A DNA stretch of 64,000 nucleotides from Pelagomonas calceolata (GCA_918797485.1 CAKKNE010000001.1:4154001-4218000); one strand, 5' to 3'; shown: positions 20,832 through 32,340, numbered from the stretch's first letter. The notes: generated by a model not told the origin, from the letters alone. Program-made: numbers and translations.

Positions 20832-22463
20832 ATGGCCGCCCGCCGCAAAGCGAGAGAAGCGCGCCGCCAGCGCCGCACCCGCTGCTGCCGCTGGTGCTGC
20901 ATCAGACTGGCGGTCGTCGCGCTCGGGTCGGTATTCTCCTCCGTCCTCTTAGTCCTGAGCCACATGGAGTCCGTGCAGCACGGCAAGTCCTTCGCCGTGT
21001 CGCACGCCGGCTCCGTGCACCACGCCAAGAAGGAGCCCGAAGTTTTTGAAAGAAAGCAAAAACCGGTCACGTCTTTGTTGCGCGGTGCGGTGGAGAAGGA
21101 CGACGACCGGCCGCCCCGCCATGCGACGGGTGAGCGGTACGTGCCTCCTGAGAGTGTAGAAGTGAAACACGACCTACCTTCTCTCCAGGAAATCGTGTCC
21201 ACACTCAGAAACTTTCTAGATGAAGTCCACCGAGCCTTCGGACGCGCGAAACGCAAGACGCGGGAGGAGGTCTGGGCCGCTTATGTCGCTGTCGCGGAGA
21301 CGCACCTCTTACCCTTCGAGAAACGGGTCCACCGAACCAAGCGACCTGTCAGAAGTGATGGCTCGATCTTTGTATCAATAGCCGCGTATAGGGACCACAT
21401 GCTCGCCAATACTCTGACGGAGCTATTCACGCACGCGTCAAAACCCGAATTAGTCATTGCGGGCGTCGTCCAGCAGAACTGCGTCGTAAAGTGCAAGACT
21501 GGAGTGCAAGTCGTCAGCAAGCCGGGCGAACCGGTAAGAACAAAAGTGTCGGACGCGCCGGCCGACGCGGACGGCGTCGCGGACTTTTGCGCTTCTGCCG
21601 TTGGTCAACCCCATTGCCGAGCGGGCCGCGTGCGTGTTTTGAGGGTGAACGAGACGGAGAGCCTCGGGCCGGCCTTCGCGCGGTATCTCGCCTCCAAATT
21701 ATGGCTTGGCGAGCAGTTCTACGTGCAGATCGACGCGCACATGTGGGCGAGAGATGCGTGGGACGACGAATTGAGGAGTGAGATGCTGGCGACGCCGTCG
21801 TATCCTCGTTCAGTGATGTCCGCCTATCCTCCTGGACCCTCGAACGGCTGGCAGAGCATGGCGCCGTCCGGAAAACTGTGCTCCGGTACTTTTAGTACAT
21901 CTCCGGTAGAAGCCCACATCTTCAGGTTAGGTGGAGGCGGGGGCGGTCGGAACATCGCCGCCCCCGCACCGGAGCCGCCTAGATCCATCTTCGTCGGCGC
22001 GGGCTTCTTCACGGCACATTCTAGTTTCTTACAAGTGGCGCCCTTCGACCCGTTCTTACCTTTTGTATTTATGGGCGAAGAAATCATGCTCACCACAAGG
22101 TTTTACACGAATGGTTTCGATGTGTATTCGCCTAGGGTCAACTTCTTCGCGCACCAATACAGACCTGGGAGGTTAGGTCTGCCGAAGTTCTGGGAAAGTC
22201 AAGATAGGGCTTTTGGGAGTGGTGGTTCGAATACGAGATTTATGCTGATGATCGTGGATAGGGTCAAACATATGGTTGGCTACGAGTCTCCCGTGAAGAA
22301 CCCGGACGTCCTCAAACACGTGAGCGATCACGATGGCCCAAACTATGGCTTGGGCAGTCATAGAACACTGACCGAGTTCCTGCGGTTCGCGGGCCTAGAC
22401 ATGGTCGCGATGACGGCGCGCTCGCCGAGCTGGTGCGCTAGGAACGATTACCCGCCTAACTAA
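20832..22463 (+). CDS. GT60-family (Gnt1/Gnt2-like) alpha-GlcNAc transferase, type II membrane protein
   Basis: N-terminal TM anchor. Motifs IFVSIAAYRD, SLGPAFARYLASKLW.GE.FYVQIDAHM, GAGFF, PFDP.LPFVFMGEEI. Confidence 0.85.
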   Translation: MAARRKAREARRQRRTRCCRWCCIRLAVVALGSVFSSVLLVLSHMESVQHGKSFAVSHAGSVHHAKKEPEVFERKQKPVTSLLRGAVEKDDDRPPRHATGERYVPPESVEVKHDLPSLQEIVSTLRNFLDEVHRAFGRAKRKTREEVWAAYVAVAETHLLPFEKRVHRTKRPVRSDGSIFVSIAAYRDHMLANTLTELFTHASKPELVIAGVVQQNCVVKCKTGVQVVSKPGEPVRTKVSDAPADADGVADFCASAVGQPHCRAGRVRVLRVNETESLGPAFARYLASKLWLGEQFYVQIDAHMWARDAWDDELRSEMLATPSYPRSVMSAYPPGPSNGWQSMAPSGKLCSGTFSTSPVEAHIFRLGGGGGGRNIAAPAPEPPRSIFVGAGFFTAHSSFLQVAPFDPFLPFVFMGEEIMLTTRFYTNGFDVYSPRVNFFAHQYRPGRLGLPKFWESQDRAFGSGGSNTRFMLMIVDRVKHMVGYESPVKNPDVLKHVSDHDGPNYGLGSHRTLTEFLRFAGLDMVAMTARSPSWCARNDYPPN

Positions 22464-23048
22464 CTAGCCGTAATGAACACTTCCTTGCCCCGCCAAAAAC
22501 GTCCGGAAGGCCGGATCCTCGACGATCTGGTGGACCACTTCCCCGTAGTTGACCACCACGCCATCCTTCGACTCCAAGAAGACGTTCTCGCACAACGCAT
22601 CGACCTCTTCCGGCGTCACGGCCGGGTCCCCGAACCACGACGCCACGTTATTCATCGCGTTCACTATTAACGCTAATTCGTGCTTCTTGATGGTGCCCGC
22701 GTCGTTGACGTCGAACATCTCGCATCCAAAAAGTACTCGCGCCTTGACGTCGCCTCGGACCAGTGGTGCGAGGCCGGCCAAAAATTCCCGGTAATCAATA
22801 GCAGCCGCGCCCATCTTGTCGAACATGGTGAACATCCTTTCTAAAATTTCGACGTCCTGGGGCATGATGTTCGCCGCCGTCATCGCGTCGGCGAGCTGGT
22901 CCCTATTGATCATGTACGCGCCCGTCACACACGCGTCGCCGAAGGATTTGCGGATCATGCCCATCTCCTTCCTTTCTATTTGTGTGACGTTGGCCATGGC
23001 CGCGATGTACAATTGTTTTTCTCCCTTGGTGCTGGTGGCATTGCCCAT
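22464..23048 (-). CDS. Calcineurin-B/neuronal calcium sensor-like EF-hand protein, probably N-myristoylated
   Basis: MGNATS N-terminus. EF-hands FDKMGAAAIDYREF and FDVNDAGTIKKHEL. Confidence 0.85.
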   Translation of the reverse strand: MGNATSTKGEKQLYIAAMANVTQIERKEMGMIRKSFGDACVTGAYMINRDQLADAMTAANIMPQDVEILERMFTMFDKMGAAAIDYREFLAGLAPLVRGDVKARVLFGCEMFDVNDAGTIKKHELALIVNAMNNVASWFGDPAVTPEEVDALCENVFLESKDGVVVNYGEVVHQIVEDPAFRTFLAGQGSVHYG

Positions 23049-23461
23049 GGCTGGGCTGCGCCCGTGCTACGGCTGCGGTGGCCGGCCCGTCCGGTCGTGG
23101 AGAACTTGTGCGAAGGGCGTTTCTGCGTTTGTACGTCGCGACGGCGGCGTGTGGGCAGCCCTTTGTTTTATGCGCGCTAGACAGCTTTTTGTCGAACCCG
23201 TACGGTAGAGTCTCGTAGCTAGCTTTGCGGAGAGTGCTCCCAGCCTTCGGAGGGCCAGCACGGGCCCGAGAAGCATCCTCGACCACGCGCACATTTCGTG
23301 GGGCTTGCCCAACGACGCCGCCATCGTCTGCGGGCGTGCGCGGAGGATTCGCCCGCGTGTGGAGCCAGCGCGTCCTCCGCAGTCGCACTACACGCAGCGC
23401 TGCGGGCCGCCAGCGCGCGGGCAGCCCTAGGAACCAACAGCACAACACCACAAGCAGCACC

Positions 23462-26205
23462 ATGGCCTTAGCAGCGGCGGCGGCGGCCATGAAGCTCAAG
23501 AACAAGGGTTCCGTCACGGTCCAAGTCGTCGTGAGGTGTCGACCCCTGAACAAGAAGGAGCTCGGCGAAGACCGGAAACCGATTATTAGTATAGACGAGA
23601 ACCAGGTGTCGATCGTCAAAGGCATCGGTAAAGACGGCCATATCATGAGTGAAGAAGAAAACAAAGCCACGAAGAAGTCTTTTACGTTTGACGCGGCGTA
23701 TGACGAGCAGTCGACGCAGAAACAGTTCTACGAGGAAAGTTGCTACCCCTTGGTCGAGAGCGTCATGGAGGGCTTTAACGGGACGATCTTCGCCTACGGC
23801 CAGACGGGCTGCGGCAAGACCTGGACCATGATGGGGCCGCCTTCACCTCTCGAACTGAGAGGTGTTATACCTTCGTCCTTCGACCACATCTTCGAGAATA
23901 TAAAAACTACCACAGATTGTGAATTCTTAGTACGGTGTTCTTACTTAGAAATTTATAATGAGGAGATCCGGGACTTATTGGGGGACGACCCGAAGGCGCG
24001 GTGCGAGCTCAAGGAGGACCCGTCGAAGGGTGTCTATGTTAAGGGTCTGTCCAATGTCGTGGTCAACGACGAGGCGACCATCAACAAGGTCATGGAGAAG
24101 GGCCTGAAGCATCGCACGACTGGGGCTACACTCATGAATGAAGGGTCTTCACGTAGTCATAGTATCTTCACCGTGGTCCTGGAAATGAATAGAAAAGATG
24201 AGGGTGGTAAAGACCATTTTACGATGGGGAAATTAAATCTCGTGGATTTAGCTGGTTCAGAAAGACAGTCGAAGACGGGCGCGTCGGGCGATCGCTTGAA
24301 AGAAGGCTGCAAGATCAATCTATCTCTATCAGCATTGGGTAACGTCATCAGTGCTTTGGTCGATGGCAAGGGCAAGCACATCCCCTACCGCGACTCAAAA
24401 CTAACGAGACTCCTCCAGGATTCACTAGGTGGGAACACGAAAACACTCATGATGGCCGCCGTGAGTCCCGCGGATTATAATTATGACGAAACTTTATCTA
24501 CCTTACGGTATGCTAATAGAGCCAAGAACATCAAGAACAAGCCCAAGATCAACGAAGATCCGAAGGATGCCATGTTGAGAGAATATAAGGCCCAGATTGA
24601 TCAGCTCAAAGCTATCCTCGAAGCGCAGGCGGCCGGCCAGCCGCTCGATGGGCGGTGGGCCGGCGAAGGGATGGAACAACCACCGGGCCAGGTCGTGCAC
24701 GTCCCGGGTCAGAACACCGTCGTGGAGCGCGTCGTCACGAAGGACGGCCCCGTGCGGATCTGTGTCGACCTTCACGCCAGTTGCACCCGACACACTGGTT
24801 GATTTCCGCACAGGTGCAGATCCAGCGAGTGGTAGAGAAGGAGGTGGTGGAAGTCGAGAAGATCGTCGAAAAGGAGAAAGTTGTCGAGAAAGTCGTCGTC
24901 CAGGAGAAAATTGTTAATGTGCTCAATGCCGAGGGTGAGGCGCTGACGGAGTACAATGCGGCGCTCGTGAATCAACGCGCGCAATTAGGAGAGCAGCTCG
25001 AGGGCCAGAAAGCAGCGACCCAAGCTGCCCAAAATGACGTGAGCGCGGTGATGGCCAAGCTCGCCGCGCTGCAATCACGCGTCTGTGGCTCGTCGCTGAA
25101 GCGGGGCGAAGCTGCTGATGACCAAGCGTTCGAGGAGGCTTTGAAGAGGAAGAAGGACAAAGAAAAACGCATCAAGAAGCGCCTCGAGAAGAAAAGACGA
25201 GCAGCTCAAGCTGCGGAGGAGGGCCGACTCGCGGCGGAAGCGGAACGGGAAGCGGTCGAGTTGGAGCTGCAGGAGGCGGCGTTGGAGATGGACGAGCGCG
25301 AGAGGGAGTTCCGGCGGGAGAAGAAGAAGCTGAAGCGGAAGATACTCCAGGGCCAGAACGAGATCGAGGATCTACACGACGAGTTCCAGCGCGAGCGCGA
25401 GATGCTGCAGGACAACGTGCGAGAAGCGAATAGGGACGCGCAGTTGTGGCGGCAAGTTTGTGAATTAGTCCTAGATAAGAACTTGGTGGATCGGGTCTGG
25501 CAGCGGTCGGAATTCAATGAGAGGGAGGACAAGTGGATCCTGCCCGAGATGCTCCGGGCGAAGCGGCAGTATCAAGATTTGTCGTGTCCGCCTTTGCCGG
25601 GCATGGGCCCGACGCCACCTGTGGAAGGGGGTGTCTTCGCGCGGCCGGCGTCGCGGTCGCCGCGCGCCGTGATGGGCCTCGCCGGGGCAGCTCGGCCGCC
25701 GTCGCAGCAGCCCGGCGTCGGTGGCCTCGCCGGCGCCGCGAGACCTCCATCATACTCGCCGCGGTTGGACGACTTCATGGACGCGCCGCGCGAGGAGTAC
25801 TCGCGGCCTTCCTCGAACGCGATCCCGTCGCGGCCGACGTCGTCGCGGCCGGGCTCGACGCGGCCTCATTCTAGACCGTTGTCTCGGGCCGGCGGCTCGC
25901 GGGGCGGCGACCCGGAGCAGCGGCGACGGCGGAAGAAGCGCGAGAAGGCGCCCGGCGGGCTTGCGGGCGCGGCGGTCGGCGGGCTCGCGGCGGCTGCCGT
26001 CGGCGGGCTCGCCGGGGCCGCCCAGGTCGGCGGGCTGGCCGCGGCGGCGTCGAAGCCTTCACAAAAGCCGCCGCGGCCGAAGAAGAAGGCTGCTGGTCTG
26101 GCGGGCGCGGCCGTCGGTGGCCTTGCTGGTGCGGCGCAGCGACCGGTGGGCGGCTTGGCGGGTGCGGCGGCGGCGAGCTACGACTACGATATCGCGTCGC
26201 CGTAG
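23462..26205 (+). CDS. Kinesin-2 family motor (KIF3/KIF17-like), 2 exons: 23462-24751, 24814-26205 (~893 aa)
   Basis: P-loop [43 protein letters not shown] and kinesin-2 neck [12 protein letters not shown]. Removing intron 24752-24813 joins the two ORFs in frame. Confidence 0.92.
24752..24813 (+). mobile_element. Introner-type GT-AG intron (62 bp) in the kinesin gene
   Basis: 8-bp duplication GTGCGGAT/GTGCAGAT (7/8). Left TIR decayed (CTGTGTCGA); right end CACTGGTTGATTTCCGCACAG. Confidence 0.85.
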
Positions 26206-26394
26206 TTGGCTCACTTAACTTGTTGGTTTTTATGAGTCCGAGTCCGACTGCTCGGGACGCGGTGTAGATACGCGGTGCACATGCCGCGGGGGCCCGGGCC
26301 CCAGCGACTCGGAGTCCCTGGGCGGGGCGAGCCGTCCGAGGTAGTCGCCATGGTTCCGTTAATCGTGGGCTGAGCCCCGGGATACGTATCGGTG

Positions 26395-26428
26395 ATATAT
26401 ATATATAATACATATATATATATATATA
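26395..26428. repeat. Interrupted (TA)n microsatellite
   Basis: ATATATATATATAATACATATATATATATATATA in intergenic DNA. Confidence 0.9.
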
Positions 26429-26729
26429 CCTATCGGTATCAACTCTAGAGTGTCTTTGTGGCTTTAGCTTGCCTCCGTCTTCGATTCGCGTTGTGGGCAG
26501 TATCCTGCCCCAGCAAGGGCCTCAGTTCGAACCAGGCTGCTTTGCTACTCACGTGGTACCTATAGAGCCGTGGCAACCACCTGTTCGACGCCGTTCGACG
26601 CGGGAGCAGCAATAGAGCTCTACACACGCGTAACAGCTGGACGCTACGAAACGCCATCGACGCGACCGTGAAACAGCTCTAGGCTGCGAACAGACTGCCC
26701 GACGCCGTCGGCGCGAACCGTAGAGCAAA

Positions 26730-29700
26730 ATGGCAGAACTCGGCGACTTCGTCGCCCAGGGCCGGCGCAAGAACTGCGAGGTCACGCTCGAGATGATGGA
26801 CTACAAGCACGTGGACACGTGTAGCGACGTGCCCGAGCTACGGTCCATCCTCCAAGCGCTCAAGAGTGGAGAGCACGGCAAGTACCCGCACCTCGAGAGG
26901 CACACGGAGAAGCGCATTTTGGGTTTGCTCCCGGAGAAGGATCGAAAAAAGATCGAAGCGTTGGCCTCGACGCCTTCTGCCCAAGATGTAGCTGATGCGG
27001 CGAACGACATCAACGCGTTCGTGGGCGAATCGAAGGAAGACGACGATCGCTTACGGACCGAAGTCTACGTGAAGAAGGGCGGGAAGCAATTGCCGCCGGT
27101 CCGAGGTCGGAAAGCCGTACCAGTCACGAAGGAGGTCTCCAAACCCTCTCCAGAAGAGCTGGAAGCGAAGAAGGAGAACAGAATTCCAGGATATGATTTC
27201 AGAGCCTGGGACAAGTACGATGTGGACAGGGAGTGCGAGAAATTGGACGACAAGGAGAAGGCCCAGGAAGAGGCCCGGAAGCGGCGGGCGCGGGAAGCGC
27301 GCGAGCGGGACGACGCGAAAGCGAGGAAGGCTCTGGAAGATCTCGCCAAGTGTCGCACAGAGTTAGGGTGTGATGATCTGGCCCCTGCTGAGAGACAATT
27401 CTTAGCTCGCAGAGAAAAGAACAAGGGCAACGAGGCCTATCGCGCGTCGGAGAATCGGGACGCCTACGATTCCTATACTAGATCGTTAGCTTATGACGCG
27501 TCTTCGGCCGTCGTGTTCGCGAACCGGGCCATGGCCTGCTTGCGCCTAGGTTTATTGGAGCGGGCCGAGGACGACTGCACGTGTGCTTTGAAAATTGATC
27601 CGTCGTATCATAAAGCTAGACAACGTCGCGGTATGACGCGGCATAAGAGGGGCAAGTACGCGCTAGCCATCGAGGACTTCGAGCGGGCCTGCGCCGACGA
27701 TCCCGACAATCTGGCGTTGCGCAAATTACTCAAGCAGGCCTGCGACAAGTTCGAGGAGGTGCGTTGCGCGGCGTCCTTTTGTGTACTTCTGGATCCGTAG
27801 AGTATCTGCACGGCTCGTGACGTGCTTCCGTAGCTGCGTCTGCGTGATGGCGTGGCGAGTCCACGCCATCGACGCGACGTTGTCCCCATGGCCGCGTCGG
27901 CTCGATGGCGTGAAGGCTCACGAAGTAACCTTACGCCGCCGACGCGTCCTCGGACGCCGAGAGTCGATGGCGCGTGAGCTCCACCGTCACCGATCGCACA
28001 CACGCAGGTCGAGGGCAAGAAGGCCGACCTAGCGCGGGACCCGGCCGCGTTCACGGCCGTCGCTATTGAAAGTGATGACGACGAGGACGCCCCGCAGGAG
28101 ACGGGCTTCACGAAGATCGCGATCGCGGACGAAGATTCGAGCGACGAGGAGGTCGTCGAGATCAACAACGGCGGTTTTGAATTACCGTCGCCCACCGAAG
28201 ACGAGGTCCTGCGCAAGTTCGAGACGATGGACGAAGATGAACTGATCGTCGAGGAGGTGCCCGTTGCGGGGACGAAGGTCGCCATCGACGACGACGACGA
28301 GAGTGTCGAGGAGGTGCCTGTGAAGACTAGTGGTACCAAAGTGGCCATCGAGGACTCCTCTGAAGATGAGGAGAACTTATTGGTGGCCGAGACCGTGCCG
28401 GAGTCGCTGAAGCCCGATCCGCCGTCACAAGGTGTCAAGGTCGCGATCGAAGATGATGATGATGATGAGCCGCCGCCGCCCGACGTCTCGCCCGCCAAGT
28501 CGTCGGACGGCTCGTGGGAGGTCGTCGGCGATGCCGCCAAGGCCGAAGCTCTGAAGGGCGAGGGCAACGAGCTGATGAAGAAGGGCGATGTGTCTGGTGC
28601 CGTCGCCAAGTACTCGGAAGCTCTCGAGGCCGATGCGCAGCACTACGCGTCGCGCGCGAACCGGGCCATGGCCCGTTTGCGGTTGGGCGACGTCGAAGGC
28701 GCGTTCCTCGATGCCGACGCCTGCTGCCAGCACCCTGATGTTGCGTCAGATGTCTCAAAACGCGTCAAAGCTTTATTTCGGCGCGGCGACGCGCGCGAGC
28801 GCCTGGCATTGTCGGCGGCCACGCCCAAGGCCAAGGTCGTGGAATTGGAGGCGTCTTTGCAAGATTTAGATGAAGTTGTTGCTTTGGAGCCGCGGAACGA
28901 CGTCGCCGTCGCGAAGCGCAGGGCCGTATCTGAGGCGTTGGCCAAGGCTAAAGCCTTGGTCCGCGAGGCGGCGCAGGCTCGCCCGACGGAAGCTGTTTGT
29001 GGCGGTGTCGAAATTTCCTCTTCGCTGCGTCCACGTCTACGGTCGCTGCTCCCTGCCACGCCATCGACGCGACACCACGACTGCTCCACCGCCACGCCAT
29101 CGACGCGATACGCCGTCGACGCGACCCCGAACAATGAACAACGCAGGCGTCGGCGAAAACGGAGAAGGGCCAATACGAGGGCGACTTCGCCGCGTCGGAC
29201 AAGGCCAAGGCCGCCGGGAGCAAGGCTTTGGCCGAAGGTAACTTGGACGAGGCCGAGGTCTTGTATACCCAAGCCCTCGACGCGTGGCCGGGCAACGCGG
29301 CAGCAAGGAACAATCGCGCTTTAGTACGGTTGAAGCGAGACGACTTCGAGGGCTGTGCTTCGGATACGTCCGAAGTCCTCAAAGCGGATCCGAAGAACCT
29401 CAAGGCCTTGTATCGCCGAGGCGTCGCGCGGCGAGCGTTGGGCGACTTTGGTGGTTCGTTAGATGACCTCGACGCTTTATTAGCCTTAGCCCCGGGAGAC
29501 CGCGCCGCAACCACGGAGCGCGACGCGACCAGAAGAAAGATGGATGAGAGGGATGGTTTGTCGAGGAAGAAGACGAAGGGCGTCGTCAAGCTCGACGCGG
29601 TCGTGCCGTCCAAAGCTTCATTGGTGAAGCCGCCCTCGCCCTCCAAGAAAGTTGTTGCGGTGGACGCGCCGCCGCCGCCGCCCTCTACCAAAGCACCTCC

Positions 29701-30118
29701 AGCAGCACCAAAGCAGAACACGGAGGAGAAGATCCAGAAGGCCGTGGCGGCCGCGCGGTCGAGAAACGCGAAGAAAGTACCATCGAAGGCGCCGAAGACG
29801 GCGTCGGAGTTGGAACGGACCTGGCGCGAGCTGAAGGGTGATAATGAGCTGTGGTCTGAGTATTTGGGCATCTTCAAGAAGAAGACGCTGGAAAAGCTCG
29901 ACATCAGCTTGTGCCCCGAGGTTCTGGTCGACGTCATCGGGAGCGCATCGGCGATGGGGGGCAAGGCCGCGAGCGTCCTGGCGGGCGCGTCGAAAGCGCC
30001 TGGCTGGGCCGTAACCAAGGCCCTCCTGTCAAAAGAGGACCTCGCGCGCGTCGCGGCCGTCGCGGACGCGGCCGACGCGGAGGCGGGCGAGAAGCTGCGG
30101 GCGGGGTACGGGCTCTAG
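26730..30118 (+). CDS. SPAG1: SPAG1-like TPR co-chaperone (dynein-arm assembly), 3 exons: 26730-27758, 28008-28994, 29147-30118
   Basis: SPAG1-type N-terminus (DYKHVDTCSDVPELRSILQALKSGEHGKYPHL; DFRAWDKYDVDRECEKLD), three TPR clusters and an RPAP3_C-like end (PKTASELERTWRELK). Both introns restore frame. The second donor could instead be GC at 28977. Confidence 0.85.
27759..28007 (+). other. GT-AG intron (249 bp) carrying copies of the CCACGCCATCGACGCGA motif
   Basis: GAG|GTGCGT ... CACACGCAG|GTC, phase 0, restores frame. Confidence 0.85.
28995..29146 (+). other. Intron (152 bp), degenerate introner-like, two direct motif copies
   Basis: GTTTGTGG followed by TIR-like CGGTGTCGAAAT. Motif at 29056 and 29092. 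Ends ACGCAG, phase 0. Confidence 0.7.
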
Positions 30119-30147
30119 ATTTTGACTAACAACGGATTTTACTACTA

Positions 30148-32340
30148 TCACGCCCACGTGTCGAAATAGTAGAGGTCGTAGTTCAATTTCCTAAGTTTCG
30201 GGCAGCGCATGAGAGTGCCCTCGAGCGTCGTCAGAGTGGCGGGGAGGTTCATATGAAGAGACCGGAGCTCGGGCAGCGACGGCAGAAAGGCGATTTTCGC
30301 GTCAGTCAATTCATGATTCCTAATATTCAACCGACGAAGCGTCGGATGCCCGGACAAGTGGTTGAAATTCCAGTCGTAGCCGCGGTCACCTTCCGCGTTA
30401 GCGCCACAACCCACGATAATTAATTCCTCTAATGCAGTTAAGTTGCGAACAAATGCTAAAGCATCAGGGCCGGCGTTCTTGCACATATACCTCAAGTCTA
30501 GCTTAACAAGCGTCGCGATCTGACCGAGAGGCTCCAAATCGATTATCCTAGTATCACGGTATCCGCCGGGAGAAATGTCGTCCAAATTTAGCTTCAGCAG
30601 ATGCGGTAGCAATGCCAGTGGCTCCAAACTGCCCATATGCATCACATAGCTAAGGTCGAGAGAAGTGAGCCCCTCGAGCCGCGTGAGAGGCGCGAGATCA
30701 GTAAGGTTCACGCCACGCCGAGGGCCACCCCACTCACCATCATCCCAGGCGCGCCAGCAGAGCGAGAGGGTCGTAATTTGCCCGGGGAGCCCGCAGGCCG
30801 CGAGGTCCTGGATGCCGTCGCAGTGCTCGAGCTCCAAGCTCGTGAGCGACTCGAGATTCGGCAAACGAGTGATAGTACGACAAAAATTCAGGCGGAGGGT
30901 GCGCAGCGAAGTGATCGAGGCCAGGGGCTGCAGCGCTGCGTCCGCAAGTTCAAAACACATGCCCAGGTCCAGGGTCTCGAGCTTCGGGCAGTTCGCGAGT
31001 GGCGATAAGTTCGTGACCTTGATGCACTCAAAAAGATTGAGTTCCACGAGGTTCGTAAGCGACCCGATCGGCGTAATATCTCGCACGAAGTATCGCCGCG
31101 AAAGGACGAGCCGCTCGAGCAACGGGCACGCGGAGAGGCCGTCGAGCGTGAGCCCATGGTCATGCACCTCATCATAGTACCACGTCCCGTTGAGCTCGCT
31201 GTGGGGGTATCCGGCCAAGTCGAGATTGGTAATGTTTGCTAAAGGAAGCCTGTGCAACCGTGTCGCCCCTTGCCAGAGGCAGATGCCGCTCACGCGCCAG
31301 CCCTGGTTCCGCGCCAGCGCGCGGATTTCCTTGGCGTCGAAGCGTCTAGGCTCGCTCGACCACCCTCCGCGTTTATAAAATTTTGCCAGCGTCGTGACGT
31401 CGACGGGCCGCCCGCGGATGTGCTTGACCAAATCCTTCGAGACGAGCGACCCGATTCGTATTTTAATGGCGAGCGGGAAGTAGGAAAAGAGGTCACCCAC
31501 GGTGCATGCCGCCCTGAAAGCCTCAGACGCTATCGGCGGCGACTCGACGCTCATAATGAGTGGTTTGGGGACCAATTGCAACCGATCTCTGAAGGCTTTG
31601 CAGTGGTCGGGGATCTTGTTGTACTCCTCTCTCCAATCTTCGCCCAGCAATTTGTAGGCGTCCGCGACGCGGCGGTCTTTGTCGACGTCGACAACCGACC
31701 GGGCGGCGCGGCCGCGGCGCGATGCGCGGGAAGGCGTCCGCCGCAACGCCGCGGCGTCCTCTGCGGCGGCGGCGGCGGCGAGCGCGTCGGCGATGGGAAC
31801 GCCCTCGAGGAACGGCCGCGCCGCCGCCGCCGTGCCGAGGACGGGCGCGGCGGGCCAGCCGACGTGACCGCCCCAGACGACGGCCGGCACCGCCTCGCGC
31901 TTAAAGGTCGCGAGGGCCTCGCCGTCGAGGACGACGACGACGTACTTGCGCGGCCCCGCGTCGTCGCTGGGCTCGAAGCCCTCCACGGAGCGGAGGTGCC
32001 GCGGCTTCTGGCGCAGGCCGATGGCGAAAAATTCGCGGATCGCATCCGGCGCCATTTCGTCGTCGTCCGCGAGGTTGATGGGTTTGGCCTCGCCGTCGCC
32101 GCCCGCGCCGCGCGCCGGGCCGTGGTATATGTCGAACGAGGTCATATGGGACGGTCCGATTCTGGTCTCGATGTACAAGCCACTCTGGTCGCTCCGCCAC
32201 TCCATCGTGACGCAGGACGGCGCGAAGACGACCGTGACGTCGCGCCGCAGGGCCGTGCCTAAGTAGACGCGGCGGCATCGGAGCATGACCCGCTCCTCGC
32301 CGCGGCGCGGGTTCCGGCGCGGCGCCGGTGCAATCTCCAT
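30148..32340 (-). CDS. Leucine-rich repeat protein with an unrelated N-terminal region
   Basis: About 12 LRRs (LTNLVELNLFEC, LETLDLGMC, LRTLRLNFC..) in the C-terminal half. Intronless ORF. Confidence 0.85.
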   Translation of the reverse strand: MEIAPAPRRNPRRGEERVMLRCRRVYLGTALRRDVTVVFAPSCVTMEWRSDQSGLYIETRIGPSHMTSFDIYHGPARGAGGDGEAKPINLADDDEMAPDAIREFFAIGLRQKPRHLRSVEGFEPSDDAGPRKYVVVVLDGEALATFKREAVPAVVWGGHVGWPAAPVLGTAAAARPFLEGVPIADALAAAAAAEDAAALRRTPSRASRRGRAARSVVDVDKDRRVADAYKLLGEDWREEYNKIPDHCKAFRDRLQLVPKPLIMSVESPPIASEAFRAACTVGDLFSYFPLAIKIRIGSLVSKDLVKHIRGRPVDVTTLAKFYKRGGWSSEPRRFDAKEIRALARNQGWRVSGICLWQGATRLHRLPLANITNLDLAGYPHSELNGTWYYDEVHDHGLTLDGLSACPLLERLVLSRRYFVRDITPIGSLTNLVELNLFECIKVTNLSPLANCPKLETLDLGMCFELADAALQPLASITSLRTLRLNFCRTITRLPNLESLTSLELEHCDGIQDLAACGLPGQITTLSLCWRAWDDGEWGGPRRGVNLTDLAPLTRLEGLTSLDLSYVMHMGSLEPLALLPHLLKLNLDDISPGGYRDTRIIDLEPLGQIATLVKLDLRYMCKNAGPDALAFVRNLTALEELIIVGCGANAEGDRGYDWNFNHLSGHPTLRRLNIRNHELTDAKIAFLPSLPELRSLHMNLPATLTTLEGTLMRCPKLRKLNYDLYYFDTWA

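Noticed and set aside
24655..24813. Kinesin frameshift/pseudogene, or two separate genes
   Set aside because: Explained by a 62-bp intron with TSD and TIR. The same applies to the apparent breaks in SPAG1, pirin, NDUFA5 and the DUF1415-like gene.
2485..30118. Ciliary gene cluster (CCDC180-like, kinesin-2, SPAG1)
   Set aside because: The genes are interspersed with unrelated ones, and chance proximity in a compact genome is sufficient. It only suggests a flagellate-capable organism.
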